Shown here one piece after another: positions 24,781 to 32,932 of a DNA stretch of 64,000 nt. The position numbers and the translations under genes were made by a program. Source of the stretch: Candidatus Saccharimonadota bacterium. GTDB taxonomy: Bacteria; Patescibacteriota; Saccharimonadia; Saccharimonadales; DTSZ01. Where the stretch lies: positions 748,024 through 812,023 of the forward strand of contig DTSZ01000001.1 of the NCBI GenBank assembly GCA_012965045.1, in the 5' to 3' direction. The notes under the pieces are model-generated. The model searched no databases. It was not told the origin of the DNA and saw nothing but the letters and a program-made list of their open reading frames with translations. Position 1 is the stretch's first letter. Every line of letters begins with the position of its first letter.

Positions 24781-25167
24781 ATGTCAGACTCTATTTTTAC
24801 CAAAATTATCAATCGTGAAATTCCAGCGTTTATTCCGTACGAAGATGATCAGCATATTGTAATTTTTGATATTAATCCACGGGCCTTTGGCCACCTCTTG
24901 GTGATACCTAAGCAGCCGTATCGCTGGTTTTTGGATATGCCAGAGCCAGAATATGCTCAATTAATGAAAGTCGCACAACAAGTAGCCAAGCAATTAAAAG
25001 ATGCTACTGAAGCTGAGTTTATCCAAGTAGGAATAGTTGGCGATGAAGTTCCGCATGTTCACGTGCACTTGATCCCCCGCTCAGCTGGTGACGACACGCG
25101 GATTAGTGCGTTTAACGAAACCAAAAGCAAAGAGTTGTCGGACACGTTAGCGACTGCATTAGCATAA
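24781..25167 (+). CDS. HIT (histidine triad) family protein
   Basis: 128 aa; histidine-triad motif HVHVHLIP. Leaderless: TGgTATACT at 24766-24774, 6 nt before the ATG. Confidence 0.85.
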   Translation: MSDSIFTKIINREIPAFIPYEDDQHIVIFDINPRAFGHLLVIPKQPYRWFLDMPEPEYAQLMKVAQQVAKQLKDATEAEFIQVGIVGDEVPHVHVHLIPRSAGDDTRISAFNETKSKELSDTLATALA

Positions 25168-25200
25168 GTTCGAAAATACTACCATACCGTAACTAGCATA

Positions 25201-25230
25201 ATACTACTAGCAATGTTATGCTAGTAGTAT
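25201..25230. promoter_or_regulatory. perfect 12-bp inverted repeat (candidate autoregulatory operator) overlapping the -10 and start codon of the XRE-HAD gene
   Basis: ATACTACTAGCA-atgtta-TGCTAGTAGTAT (25201-25212 / 25219-25230). -10 TGtTATGCT at 25214-25222; ATG at 25229. Confidence 0.5.
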
Positions 25231-26074
25231 GAATTCTCAAGACTTTGCAACTCGACTCATTGAGCTGCGCCGCCAAACAGGTTTAAGCCAAGAAGATTTG
25301 GCCTACAAAGCAGATATTTCTTATTCTGCTGTGTCTAAGCTGGAGCAAGGTACAATAAAGAATCCCTCTATTTGGACTGTTTTAAGCCTCTGTGAGGCAC
25401 TTTCTATAGGACTCGATGAAATGCTTATGATCGGTACAAAAACAGCCTCTAACGCCCAAAAAGCAGCCCCAGCACCGATTACATTGGTGGTCTTCGATTT
25501 ACATGGGGTTTTAATCGAAGGACTCGACGATCTATTCCCTGCTATGGCGAGTAAATTTAACGTTGATCCGCATAGATTAGAGGAATTATTTTGGCAATTT
25601 GACGATGATGTTGCACTGGGGAAGCTGAGTGTAGAGATTTTAAACGAGCGAATTCGCCGCATACTAAACATTCCACAGTTCAATTACTTTGAGTTTTACG
25701 TTGAGCATTTTCAACAACACTCCCCTATTCAAAGCGTATTACAACAAATCAAAGCAAGTGGACGAAAAGTCGCACTATTAACCATGATTTACCCAGAAGC
25801 TTATGGCTTGCTTGAGAAAATAGGGAAAGTTCCGCCATTAGCCGACTTTGATGCAACGGCGTTTTCTTACGACATTGGCGAGCAAAAACCAGACAATGAA
25901 TATTATCGAGCGATTGAATCCAAAACAGGGGTAGAGAGTCGGCAGATTCTGTATATTGATGACACTAAGCTAAATATAGACCATGCTCAAAAACATGGCT
26001 GGCAGACTGCTTTATATGATCAAGCCTGCTTCGAAGACGGCTTAAAAGAGATAAACCAATACCTAGGTCTATAG
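25229..26074 (+). CDS. fusion protein: N-terminal XRE-type HTH domain plus C-terminal HAD-like hydrolase domain
   Basis: HTH: LIELRRQTGLSQEDLAYKADISYSAVSKLEQG. HAD-like: VVFDLHGVLI (motif I with His in place of the second Asp) ... YIDDTKLNIDHAQKHGW. Confidence 0.7.
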   Translation: MNSQDFATRLIELRRQTGLSQEDLAYKADISYSAVSKLEQGTIKNPSIWTVLSLCEALSIGLDEMLMIGTKTASNAQKAAPAPITLVVFDLHGVLIEGLDDLFPAMASKFNVDPHRLEELFWQFDDDVALGKLSVEILNERIRRILNIPQFNYFEFYVEHFQQHSPIQSVLQQIKASGRKVALLTMIYPEAYGLLEKIGKVPPLADFDATAFSYDIGEQKPDNEYYRAIESKTGVESRQILYIDDTKLNIDHAQKHGWQTALYDQACFEDGLKEINQYLGL

Positions 26075-26125
26075 ACAGGTTTGTGGCCCTCTATCTTCCA
26101 GCTTCTATCTTCTATCTATCTAAAT

Positions 26126-28804
26126 TTAGTATTGGCTCTGTGATTTGATTATTTGCTCCAGGTTTTCAATCTGTTCTTCAAGCCGTTGTATGTAGTTTTT
26201 GACCGACAGCAAGTTGTCTTTTGTTTCTTGTACAAGTTCTTTTGGCGCTTTGGCGACGTAATTTTTGTCATCTAAACGATTTTGCAGGCCAGTTTGTTTT
26301 TTCTTCTGCTCATCACGACGTTTTATAAGTTTAAACAAGTATGTCCGAGTAATATTGCTTTCAACATCAAGCCAACATTCAATATTAGTTTTAGTTAAGT
26401 GAATTCCACTGCCATCATCGACTTGTTTTAAGGACTGAACACCGGTCATTTTTACAATTGTTGGCCCCATAGTGTCTAAAAATTCACTACTTCGGTAGTA
26501 CAGGCGTGTTTGATTTAACTGTAGGTCAGCGCCAAGTTCTCGCACTTCTGTAACGATATTTATTAGCTCTTCAAAATCACTGGCTTTTTTGGCGTCAGCT
26601 AATTTTTGAGCTTGCGGCCAGTTGGAGGTAATGAGTTGTTTGCTGTCGCCAAATGTTTCCCACAGCACCTCTGTTATAAATGGCGCAATTGGGTGTAGTA
26701 ATTTTAAAATAGTTCGATACATGTCAGCTAAAAGAGGCCCATTTATTTGAGCTTTCGATGCTTCGATATACCAGTCTGCGAAATCATCCCACACTAAGGA
26801 GTAGATGGTTTGCCCGGCGTCGCTAATGCGGTAATTTTGCAAGTTGTCGGTAACATCGCTAATTGCAGCTTGGATTTTGTTGTACATCCAAGCATCTGCA
26901 CCGGTAATAACTTTAGCCTGAGCCGTGCGATCAGACTCGTCTACAGTTACTTCTATAAAACGGCCGATATTCCATAGTTTGTTACAGAAGTTTCGATAGC
27001 CAGCGATTTTTTCTTTGTAGAGCTTATTGTCATTGCCGGGTGTTTGCCCAATAACCATAGATAACCGCAGGGCATCAGCACCAAATTCTGGAATTATTTC
27101 TAAGGGGTCAATGGTTGTTTCGGGGTTAGATTTACTCATTTTTGAGCCATCACGCGTGCGAACCATCCCGTGCAGGTACACGTTCTTAAACGGTGTTTCT
27201 CCAGTTGCGTAGGTAGTCATTAATATCATTCGTGCTACCCAGAAAAATATAATGTCATAGCCGGTTTCCAGTAGTGTGGTGGGGTGGAATTTTTTAAAAT
27301 CTGGCGATTTTTTAAATAGCTTGTCGAGGCTAACTGCTGGGTCGGCTGCAAGGTCTTGGTCAACCAAGGTGCTCCAGGTCCAGGTAGCAGAGCTAAACCA
27401 GGTGTCGAGCGTGTCTTCGTCTTGTTTCCACCCTTCCCCTTCTGGCGGAGTGACACCAACGTACACTTCCCTGTTACCAATTATAGTTTTGTCCTTGTGG
27501 TCATCTTCAGTAATTGGGCGATACCAGGCTGGTATTCGGTGACCCCACCAGATCTGTCGACTAATGCACCAGTCGTGGAGGTTGTTGATCCAATTAAAAT
27601 AGATCTTATTAAAACGATCAGGAATAAGTTTCGTGTCGCCGGACTCGACAACATCAAGCATGACTTCTTTTAAGCTACGATTTTTATGCTTCCACTTAAG
27701 GGCTGGTTTATTGACATCTATAAACCATTGTTCACGTATTTGCGGCTCAATAACCCCTTTACCTCGACTGTTTATAGCAATGCGATGGGTGTACTTTTCA
27801 TCTGTTTTAACCAATAGGCCAAGGCTATCAAGCTTTTCAACAATTTTCGGTCGAGCGTCAGCAATGTGTTGGCCTTTAAACTCCCCTGCTATCGGCAGTA
27901 ATGTTCCATCTAAGTCAATTATCTGTTCGTAGTCTAAATTGTGCCGCTGGGCGATTTCGTAGTCAGTGTGATCGTGCCATGGAGTGATGGTCATGACCCC
28001 TGTTCCAAACTCAGGGTCAATCGCTTCATCTTTAATTACAGTGGCGGTAATTTTGCCGTTAATCCAATCAGCCTCAAATGTGTCGCCGTGCTTGTATTTA
28101 CTGTAGCGTTCGTCGTCTGGGTGCATAACTACGTACTTATCGCCAAACTTGGTTTCTGGTCGAGCGGTGCCAATTTCAAACGGTCCATATTTTATGGTGT
28201 AGAAAGGAGTTGTGGCATCTTTGTGCTCTACCTCGTCGTCGGACACGTTTGTTTGTAGGTTTGGATCCCAATTTACAATGCGATCACCTCTGTAAATCAA
28301 GCCGTCTTCGTACATTTGGGCAAATAGTTTTGTCACAATTGAATTTTGGGCTTGGCCCATGGTGTAGCGTTCTCGCGACCAGTCCACAGAAGCCCCTGTT
28401 GCGCGGATTTGATTGCGAATAGTCGCTTGGCTATCATCCACAAATTCGTGAATTTTTTCTAATAGCCCTTCCCTGCCTAGTTCCTTTCTGGGGTCAGCAG
28501 TTCCTTCAGCTCGTAGCTTGTTTATAACCACATTTTCAGTAGCTATTGCAGCGTGGTCTGTGCCGGGCACCCACACTGTTTCTCTGCCCTGCATGCGGGC
28601 AAAACGAACGAACGTGTCCTCAATAGCGATCATTACGGCGTGTCCAAGGTGAAGTGTTCCAGTGGCGTTTGGAGGGGGCAGAACAATACTAAACGGCTCG
28701 CCTTTCCCTTTAACAGGCTTAAAAGCACCTGATTCTTCCCAGGCTTTATAAATATTTTCTTCGTAATCCTTTGCGGAATATGTTTTTGGCAAACTCATAG
28801 TCAT
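26126..28804 (-). CDS. valS: valine--tRNA ligase
   Basis: 892 aa; class I motifs PPPNATGTLHLGHA and KMSKS; C-terminal coiled coil typical of ValRS. Confidence 0.95.
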   Translation of the reverse strand: MTMSLPKTYSAKDYEENIYKAWEESGAFKPVKGKGEPFSIVLPPPNATGTLHLGHAVMIAIEDTFVRFARMQGRETVWVPGTDHAAIATENVVINKLRAEGTADPRKELGREGLLEKIHEFVDDSQATIRNQIRATGASVDWSRERYTMGQAQNSIVTKLFAQMYEDGLIYRGDRIVNWDPNLQTNVSDDEVEHKDATTPFYTIKYGPFEIGTARPETKFGDKYVVMHPDDERYSKYKHGDTFEADWINGKITATVIKDEAIDPEFGTGVMTITPWHDHTDYEIAQRHNLDYEQIIDLDGTLLPIAGEFKGQHIADARPKIVEKLDSLGLLVKTDEKYTHRIAINSRGKGVIEPQIREQWFIDVNKPALKWKHKNRSLKEVMLDVVESGDTKLIPDRFNKIYFNWINNLHDWCISRQIWWGHRIPAWYRPITEDDHKDKTIIGNREVYVGVTPPEGEGWKQDEDTLDTWFSSATWTWSTLVDQDLAADPAVSLDKLFKKSPDFKKFHPTTLLETGYDIIFFWVARMILMTTYATGETPFKNVYLHGMVRTRDGSKMSKSNPETTIDPLEIIPEFGADALRLSMVIGQTPGNDNKLYKEKIAGYRNFCNKLWNIGRFIEVTVDESDRTAQAKVITGADAWMYNKIQAAISDVTDNLQNYRISDAGQTIYSLVWDDFADWYIEASKAQINGPLLADMYRTILKLLHPIAPFITEVLWETFGDSKQLITSNWPQAQKLADAKKASDFEELINIVTEVRELGADLQLNQTRLYYRSSEFLDTMGPTIVKMTGVQSLKQVDDGSGIHLTKTNIECWLDVESNITRTYLFKLIKRRDEQKKKQTGLQNRLDDKNYVAKAPKELVQETKDNLLSVKNYIQRLEEQIENLEQIIKSQSQY

Positions 28805-28977
28805 GCACTAGTATCTCGTATCTGTTCCTGACTATCAAGCTAAGTAAACAGTTGGCGGAGAGTACAGAGGGCAGAGAGCTGATATCGAATACTATCTTTA
28901 GTTGAATTTTCGTGTGAAATGAAAAAACCAACAAAAGCCTCTATTTCAAGGAACCTCCGTTGGCTAAAACCGTTTTT

Positions 28978-29006
28978 GCCACCCAAAAGGGTGGGGTTTT
29001 TGTTTT
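28978..29006 (+). terminator. orphan plus-strand terminator-like hairpin in the valS-tsaD intergenic region
   Basis: gCCACCCaaaaGGGTGGggtttttgtttt; no annotated plus-strand gene ends here. Confidence 0.35.
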
Positions 29007-29076
29007 CATACTTATTGTATACCCGCCGTATTATTTTGCAAAGGGCTTATGGTTGAAAACTATATAAACAGGGCGT

Positions 29077-29268
29077 ATGTTTTTACATATGAGTAACCCA
29101 AACACCGTATCTAATCCTGATTCACTACGTAGTTATCAGCAGGACTATTTAAATCTAGTAAACAACATAGGTTCTCTGAGTACAATTCACTCACAAGAGC
29201 CGGCGCCCGGTACGCATTTTGTACCAGTTAAAGTTATTGAAAAAATACCTAATGGTCTAAGACCATAA
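29077..29268 (+). CDS. hypothetical small protein (doubtful)
   Basis: 63-aa ORF with no recognisable motif. A possible TTGCAA...TATATA promoter lies upstream; the ORF is convergent with tsaD. Confidence 0.3.
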   Translation: MFLHMSNPNTVSNPDSLRSYQQDYLNLVNNIGSLSTIHSQEPAPGTHFVPVKVIEKIPNGLRP

Positions 29269-29297
29269 ACGCGCACAACGGCCCAAGGTAGCAGTAG

Positions 29298-30365
29298 TTA
29301 CATCGACCAACTTGGCTTAATGTCTAAATCATATGGATTATCTGGATCGTTATGTTGAGCGTAGTAAAAACCGAGGGCCGCCATCATTGCTGCGTTATCT
29401 GTACAGAGGCTCATTGGGGCGTATTGAATGTCGTAGTTTGGAAGTTGATTTTTTAGCTCAGACCGCAACAATTTATTAGCTGCTACGCCGCCAGCAATTA
29501 CTACAGATCGTGGACGAAATTCTTCAGTGGCTTTTTTAGTATTTCTCACAAGCGTTTCAATTGCAGTAGCTTGAAAGCTCGCAGCTATGTCAGATACGTG
29601 CTGATCTGTTAATTGGTCAGCGATTTGAAATGAAGGAAAGGAGTAATCTTCGCCAATAAGTTGTTGGCTCTTGCGCAACACAGCGGTTTTTAGCCCTGAA
29701 AAAGAAAAGTTATACGGATTATCTAGCTTTGATATTGGAAAATCGAATGCTTTTGGATCTCCTTCTGTCGCACGGTTGCTAATACTCGGACCACCAGGGT
29801 AGGGAAGACCAATAATTTTTGCGACTTTATCGAAGGCTTCGCCAATTGCATCGTCTTGGGTTTGACCAAGTAGCTTATATTCGAGGTATGAATTAAACAA
29901 AACCAGTTGCGAGTGACCACCACTTACAATCAGTGCTAGCAACGGGAACTGCGGGGGAGCAGTAGGGAGGTTTAAAGACTCGAGGCCATTTTTACCTCTG
30001 GTAATCATGTTGGCAAATACATGTCCAAGTACGTGATGTAGCCCATAGATAGGCTTTTGTTTTGTAATGGCTAGCGTGCGAGCAGCCATGCTGCCAATAA
30101 GCAGGGAACCAGATAAGCCGGGGCCTTTTGTAAGGGCAATACCGTCAATGTCTGTCCATTGGCAATTGGCTTCTTGTAGTGCTTTTTCAATAACAGGAGC
30201 AATAACTTCTACATGTGAGCGAGCTGCTACCTCTGGTACTACGCCACCAAATTCTTTGTGAATATCAATTTGGCTAATAACTACATGAGACAGCAAAATA
30301 GAGCCGTCTTCTACAACTGCGGCTGCGGTTTCATCGCAACTGGATTCAATTCCCAATATTTTCAT
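29298..30365 (-). CDS. tsaD: tRNA N6-adenosine threonylcarbamoyltransferase TsaD
   Basis: 355 aa; MKILGIESSCDETAAAVV N-terminus, HVLGHVFA metal-binding His pair, Kae1/TsaD layout. TGaTATACT promoter 9 nt upstream of the ATG. Confidence 0.95.
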   Translation of the reverse strand: MKILGIESSCDETAAAVVEDGSILLSHVVISQIDIHKEFGGVVPEVAARSHVEVIAPVIEKALQEANCQWTDIDGIALTKGPGLSGSLLIGSMAARTLAITKQKPIYGLHHVLGHVFANMITRGKNGLESLNLPTAPPQFPLLALIVSGGHSQLVLFNSYLEYKLLGQTQDDAIGEAFDKVAKIIGLPYPGGPSISNRATEGDPKAFDFPISKLDNPYNFSFSGLKTAVLRKSQQLIGEDYSFPSFQIADQLTDQHVSDIAASFQATAIETLVRNTKKATEEFRPRSVVIAGGVAANKLLRSELKNQLPNYDIQYAPMSLCTDNAAMMAALGFYYAQHNDPDNPYDLDIKPSWSM

Positions 30366-30404
30366 ACGAAATGTAGTATATCACCTCTGTGAATTTGTTT
30401 AGGT

Positions 30405-30887
30405 GTAAGCTGTCGCTTACTAAAACTAATACTCCATTTGTACAGACAAACGGAACCCAAAACTGCTGGGCGATTCATTTAATTCTTTATGTGTTGTTAG
30501 TTATTAAAACGTTCTCAATAAGAGTACTTGATGTAAAAGCGCTCCCAGCACTTTTACTCAGGCACGCTTCTCTCGGTGAGGATCACACGTTTTGAATAAC
30601 AACATTCACATCAGGAACTAAATGTTTTATGCCCAGACCCAAGCGAGCGAAGCTCGCTAACCCACTCCGAAAGCTTCCTGATCAGCGAGCGTTAAAAATA
30701 CAATTTAAGCGAAGAACTCTGTATGAAGTAATCAAACAAAAATATAGTCAGACCGACTGAAAGGAGTTGTTCTGAGCATTGTATTTATTAACAAGCGAGA
30801 TGATAAAGAAGGTTGAGTGTGGTCGTGTTTTTGGCTTCCGTTTTTGATGAGACAAAAATGGAAGGATGCTGAGAAGCGTAGCTTGCC
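30405..30887 (+). ncRNA. unclassified large (~480 nt) structured RNA, copy 1
   Basis: Homologous to 34258-34733, including a 40-nt block with one mismatch (30433-30472 vs 34283-34322). Hairpins retain pairing through compensatory substitutions; crossing helices 30466-71/30631-36 and 30610-17/30675-82 form a pseudoknot. Only short, non-conserved ORFs overlap it. Confidence 0.6.
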
Positions 30888-30935
30888 TATTAAAAATCAT
30901 TAAAATATAAATTTTTACCATGTAAACTATTGGTA

Positions 30936-31925
30936 ATGCCCAAAAAACCCGCACATGATCATTTATTAAATACCGTTGCCTGGCGCACGTACCGCGCAAA
31001 CCATAATTGGCCTAACGAAGCTATTGAGTTGCCGTACTACCAAGATCAGGTCGTTTTTAGCCGATCTATGCCGTTGGTTGGGCCGATAAACGTAATTGCC
31101 GCTCAAGAACAAAAACTAAAAGTTAAAGATATCGATGACTTTACCGAACAACTAAAGTCAAACCTTAACGGAGCTGTCGCGAAGTGCTGGTTTACGCAAA
31201 AGTTTGACGAACGAATAGCCGCCAATTTAGTCAAAGAAGGTTGGGTGCCGTGTAAACACCCAGTTTCTACAGTGAGCGAGCTCAAAATAGACCTCGCACA
31301 AGGCGCTGAGGCGCTGCGTGCCAGTCTAGACAAGAAAACTCGTTACAAACTACGCAAGGCTGAAAAAGCGGGCATAGAAGTGAGCATGAGCAGTGGCGAT
31401 GCCACAGACATTGAAGAATTAGCTACGTTGGTAGAGATTACCAAAGACAGAAGCAGCAGTGGCGTGCGCAGTATGCAACAAATGCGGGAAGCGTGGGATT
31501 TGTTTAAACAGCATGATCAGCTGCGTATTTGGAAGGCCACCCATGATGGCAAGGTTTTAAACGCGATTGCAGTAGTTATGACTCAAGATACGGTTTGGAA
31601 CCGTGACAGCGGTAGCTTGCGGGGCTTTAATAAATTAAATGCACCACTGTATTTACGCTGGAAAATCGCCGAACACTATGCCAATGAAGGCAAGCGAAAA
31701 ACCTATAACTTGATGGGTGTTTCGCCTAAGTCGCACCGCGATGCGGGCAGACCACATACACTTGACGGTGTTACTAAATTCAAACAATCATTTAATCCTC
31801 ATATCAGTGACAGTTTAGGAGTATTCGAGCTTCCACTTGATGCTAAGTTATATAAACGATTTAAAACATTAGAGCCGTGGATTCTACGGTATTACTTTAG
31901 AATCAAAAAGGAATACTGGTATTAA
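30936..31925 (+). CDS. FemAB-family peptidoglycan bridge-forming aminoacyltransferase (FemX-like) 1
   Basis: ~329 aa; KTRYKLRKAEKAGIEV, YNLMGVSP..LDGVTKFKQSF pattern typical of FemA/B/X. ATG 30936 preferred over TTG 30930 (TAAACT -10 lies 7 nt upstream). Confidence 0.75.
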   Translation: MPKKPAHDHLLNTVAWRTYRANHNWPNEAIELPYYQDQVVFSRSMPLVGPINVIAAQEQKLKVKDIDDFTEQLKSNLNGAVAKCWFTQKFDERIAANLVKEGWVPCKHPVSTVSELKIDLAQGAEALRASLDKKTRYKLRKAEKAGIEVSMSSGDATDIEELATLVEITKDRSSSGVRSMQQMREAWDLFKQHDQLRIWKATHDGKVLNAIAVVMTQDTVWNRDSGSLRGFNKLNAPLYLRWKIAEHYANEGKRKTYNLMGVSPKSHRDAGRPHTLDGVTKFKQSFNPHISDSLGVFELPLDAKLYKRFKTLEPWILRYYFRIKKEYWY

Positions 31926-32902
31926 TGGCTAAACCAACGCAAAAAAATATTCTCAACAACTCGGGCTACATTCGCTTCAAGCAAGCTCATGGCTGGGAGT
32001 ACCAACAACTGGAACTAAACGAGCTACCAGCGGCCAATTTATGTGTTCGTACCATGCCGGGTGTGGGTAGAGTTGGCATGATTCAGGCGTACACCAACGA
32101 GCTTAATGCTAAAGAGCTGGGGCAATTCACTAAGCAGCTCAAACAGCTTAATCTTCAAGTTGTTAAGGTGTTTTTCGTTCAGCCATTCGACAAAAAAACC
32201 TTTAAACGTCTTGACGATTTGGGTTGGAAACCAGCTAATCATCCAAAAGTGCCTCGTTCTGTGATGATTTTAACTCTCGGTAAAGATTTTGAAGAAACTT
32301 CTACTCAGTTTACTAAGCAGGGGCGATACGAAGCTCGCAAAGGCGCTAAAGAGGAAGTAGTTGTTGAAGAGCTCGAAGTAAATCAGCCTAACTATCAGCG
32401 TCTACTGCCCTTAATTGAAGCCACCTACAAACGAGCAGGGATACATCGGTCAATGAAAGAAAAAACTCGTGGCTGGGACGAATACGCTAAAGATGGTTCA
32501 TTGCGTTTTTTTATAGCACACGCAGAAGGGGAAGACTTAGCCTGCGCAACACTCGTTCGTGATGCCGACACCGCCTGGTATTTAGATGGCGGCAGTGTGC
32601 CATATCGCAACCAGCTTTATGCAACACAAGTCTTGCAAAATGCTGTCATTAAAGCCGCTCAAGAGTCTGGCGTAAAATATTATGACTTTCTAGGCGTTAC
32701 ACCTAAGGTTGTCCGCGAAACAGGCAAGCAACACTCCATGGACGGTGTCACCAAGTTTAAGCAAAAGTTTTGTAGTGACTTTTACGATTATATTGGGGTC
32801 TACGAGTTACCAATTAAAACAAAAAATTACGCAGTATTTAAAAAACTAGAACGCTACTATGTTGCAATTTTTAAGCGGTTAACAGGGAAGTACTGGTATT
32901 GA
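31925..32902 (+). CDS. FemAB-family aminoacyltransferase (FemX-like) 2
   Basis: 325 aa, paralog of the preceding gene (GRYEARKGAKEEVVV, YDFLGVTP..MDGVTKFKQKF, both end YW Y*). ATG overlaps the previous stop (TAATG). Confidence 0.75.
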   Translation: MAKPTQKNILNNSGYIRFKQAHGWEYQQLELNELPAANLCVRTMPGVGRVGMIQAYTNELNAKELGQFTKQLKQLNLQVVKVFFVQPFDKKTFKRLDDLGWKPANHPKVPRSVMILTLGKDFEETSTQFTKQGRYEARKGAKEEVVVEELEVNQPNYQRLLPLIEATYKRAGIHRSMKEKTRGWDEYAKDGSLRFFIAHAEGEDLACATLVRDADTAWYLDGGSVPYRNQLYATQVLQNAVIKAAQESGVKYYDFLGVTPKVVRETGKQHSMDGVTKFKQKFCSDFYDYIGVYELPIKTKNYAVFKKLERYYVAIFKRLTGKYWY

Positions 32903-32932
32903 TACAATAGTTCATATCAGGAGGAAATAATC

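Noticed and set aside
28805-29006. Possible T-box leader for valS (minus-strand reading contains GGGTGGCA, reminiscent of the T-box GGGTGGNACCGCG)
   Set aside because: Only a 7-nt partial match. I found no specifier loop, AG bulge or alternative terminator/antiterminator pairing. The GGGTGG is simply one arm of a plus-strand hairpin (28978-29006). valS also appears to be leaderless or near-leaderless.
30389-30999. ORFs 30389..30595 (+) and 30748..30999 (-), and likewise 34425..34649 (+)
   Set aside because: They lie inside the two homologous RNA elements, but the reading frames are not conserved between the copies (indels and frame-breaking differences). Conservation follows base pairing instead.
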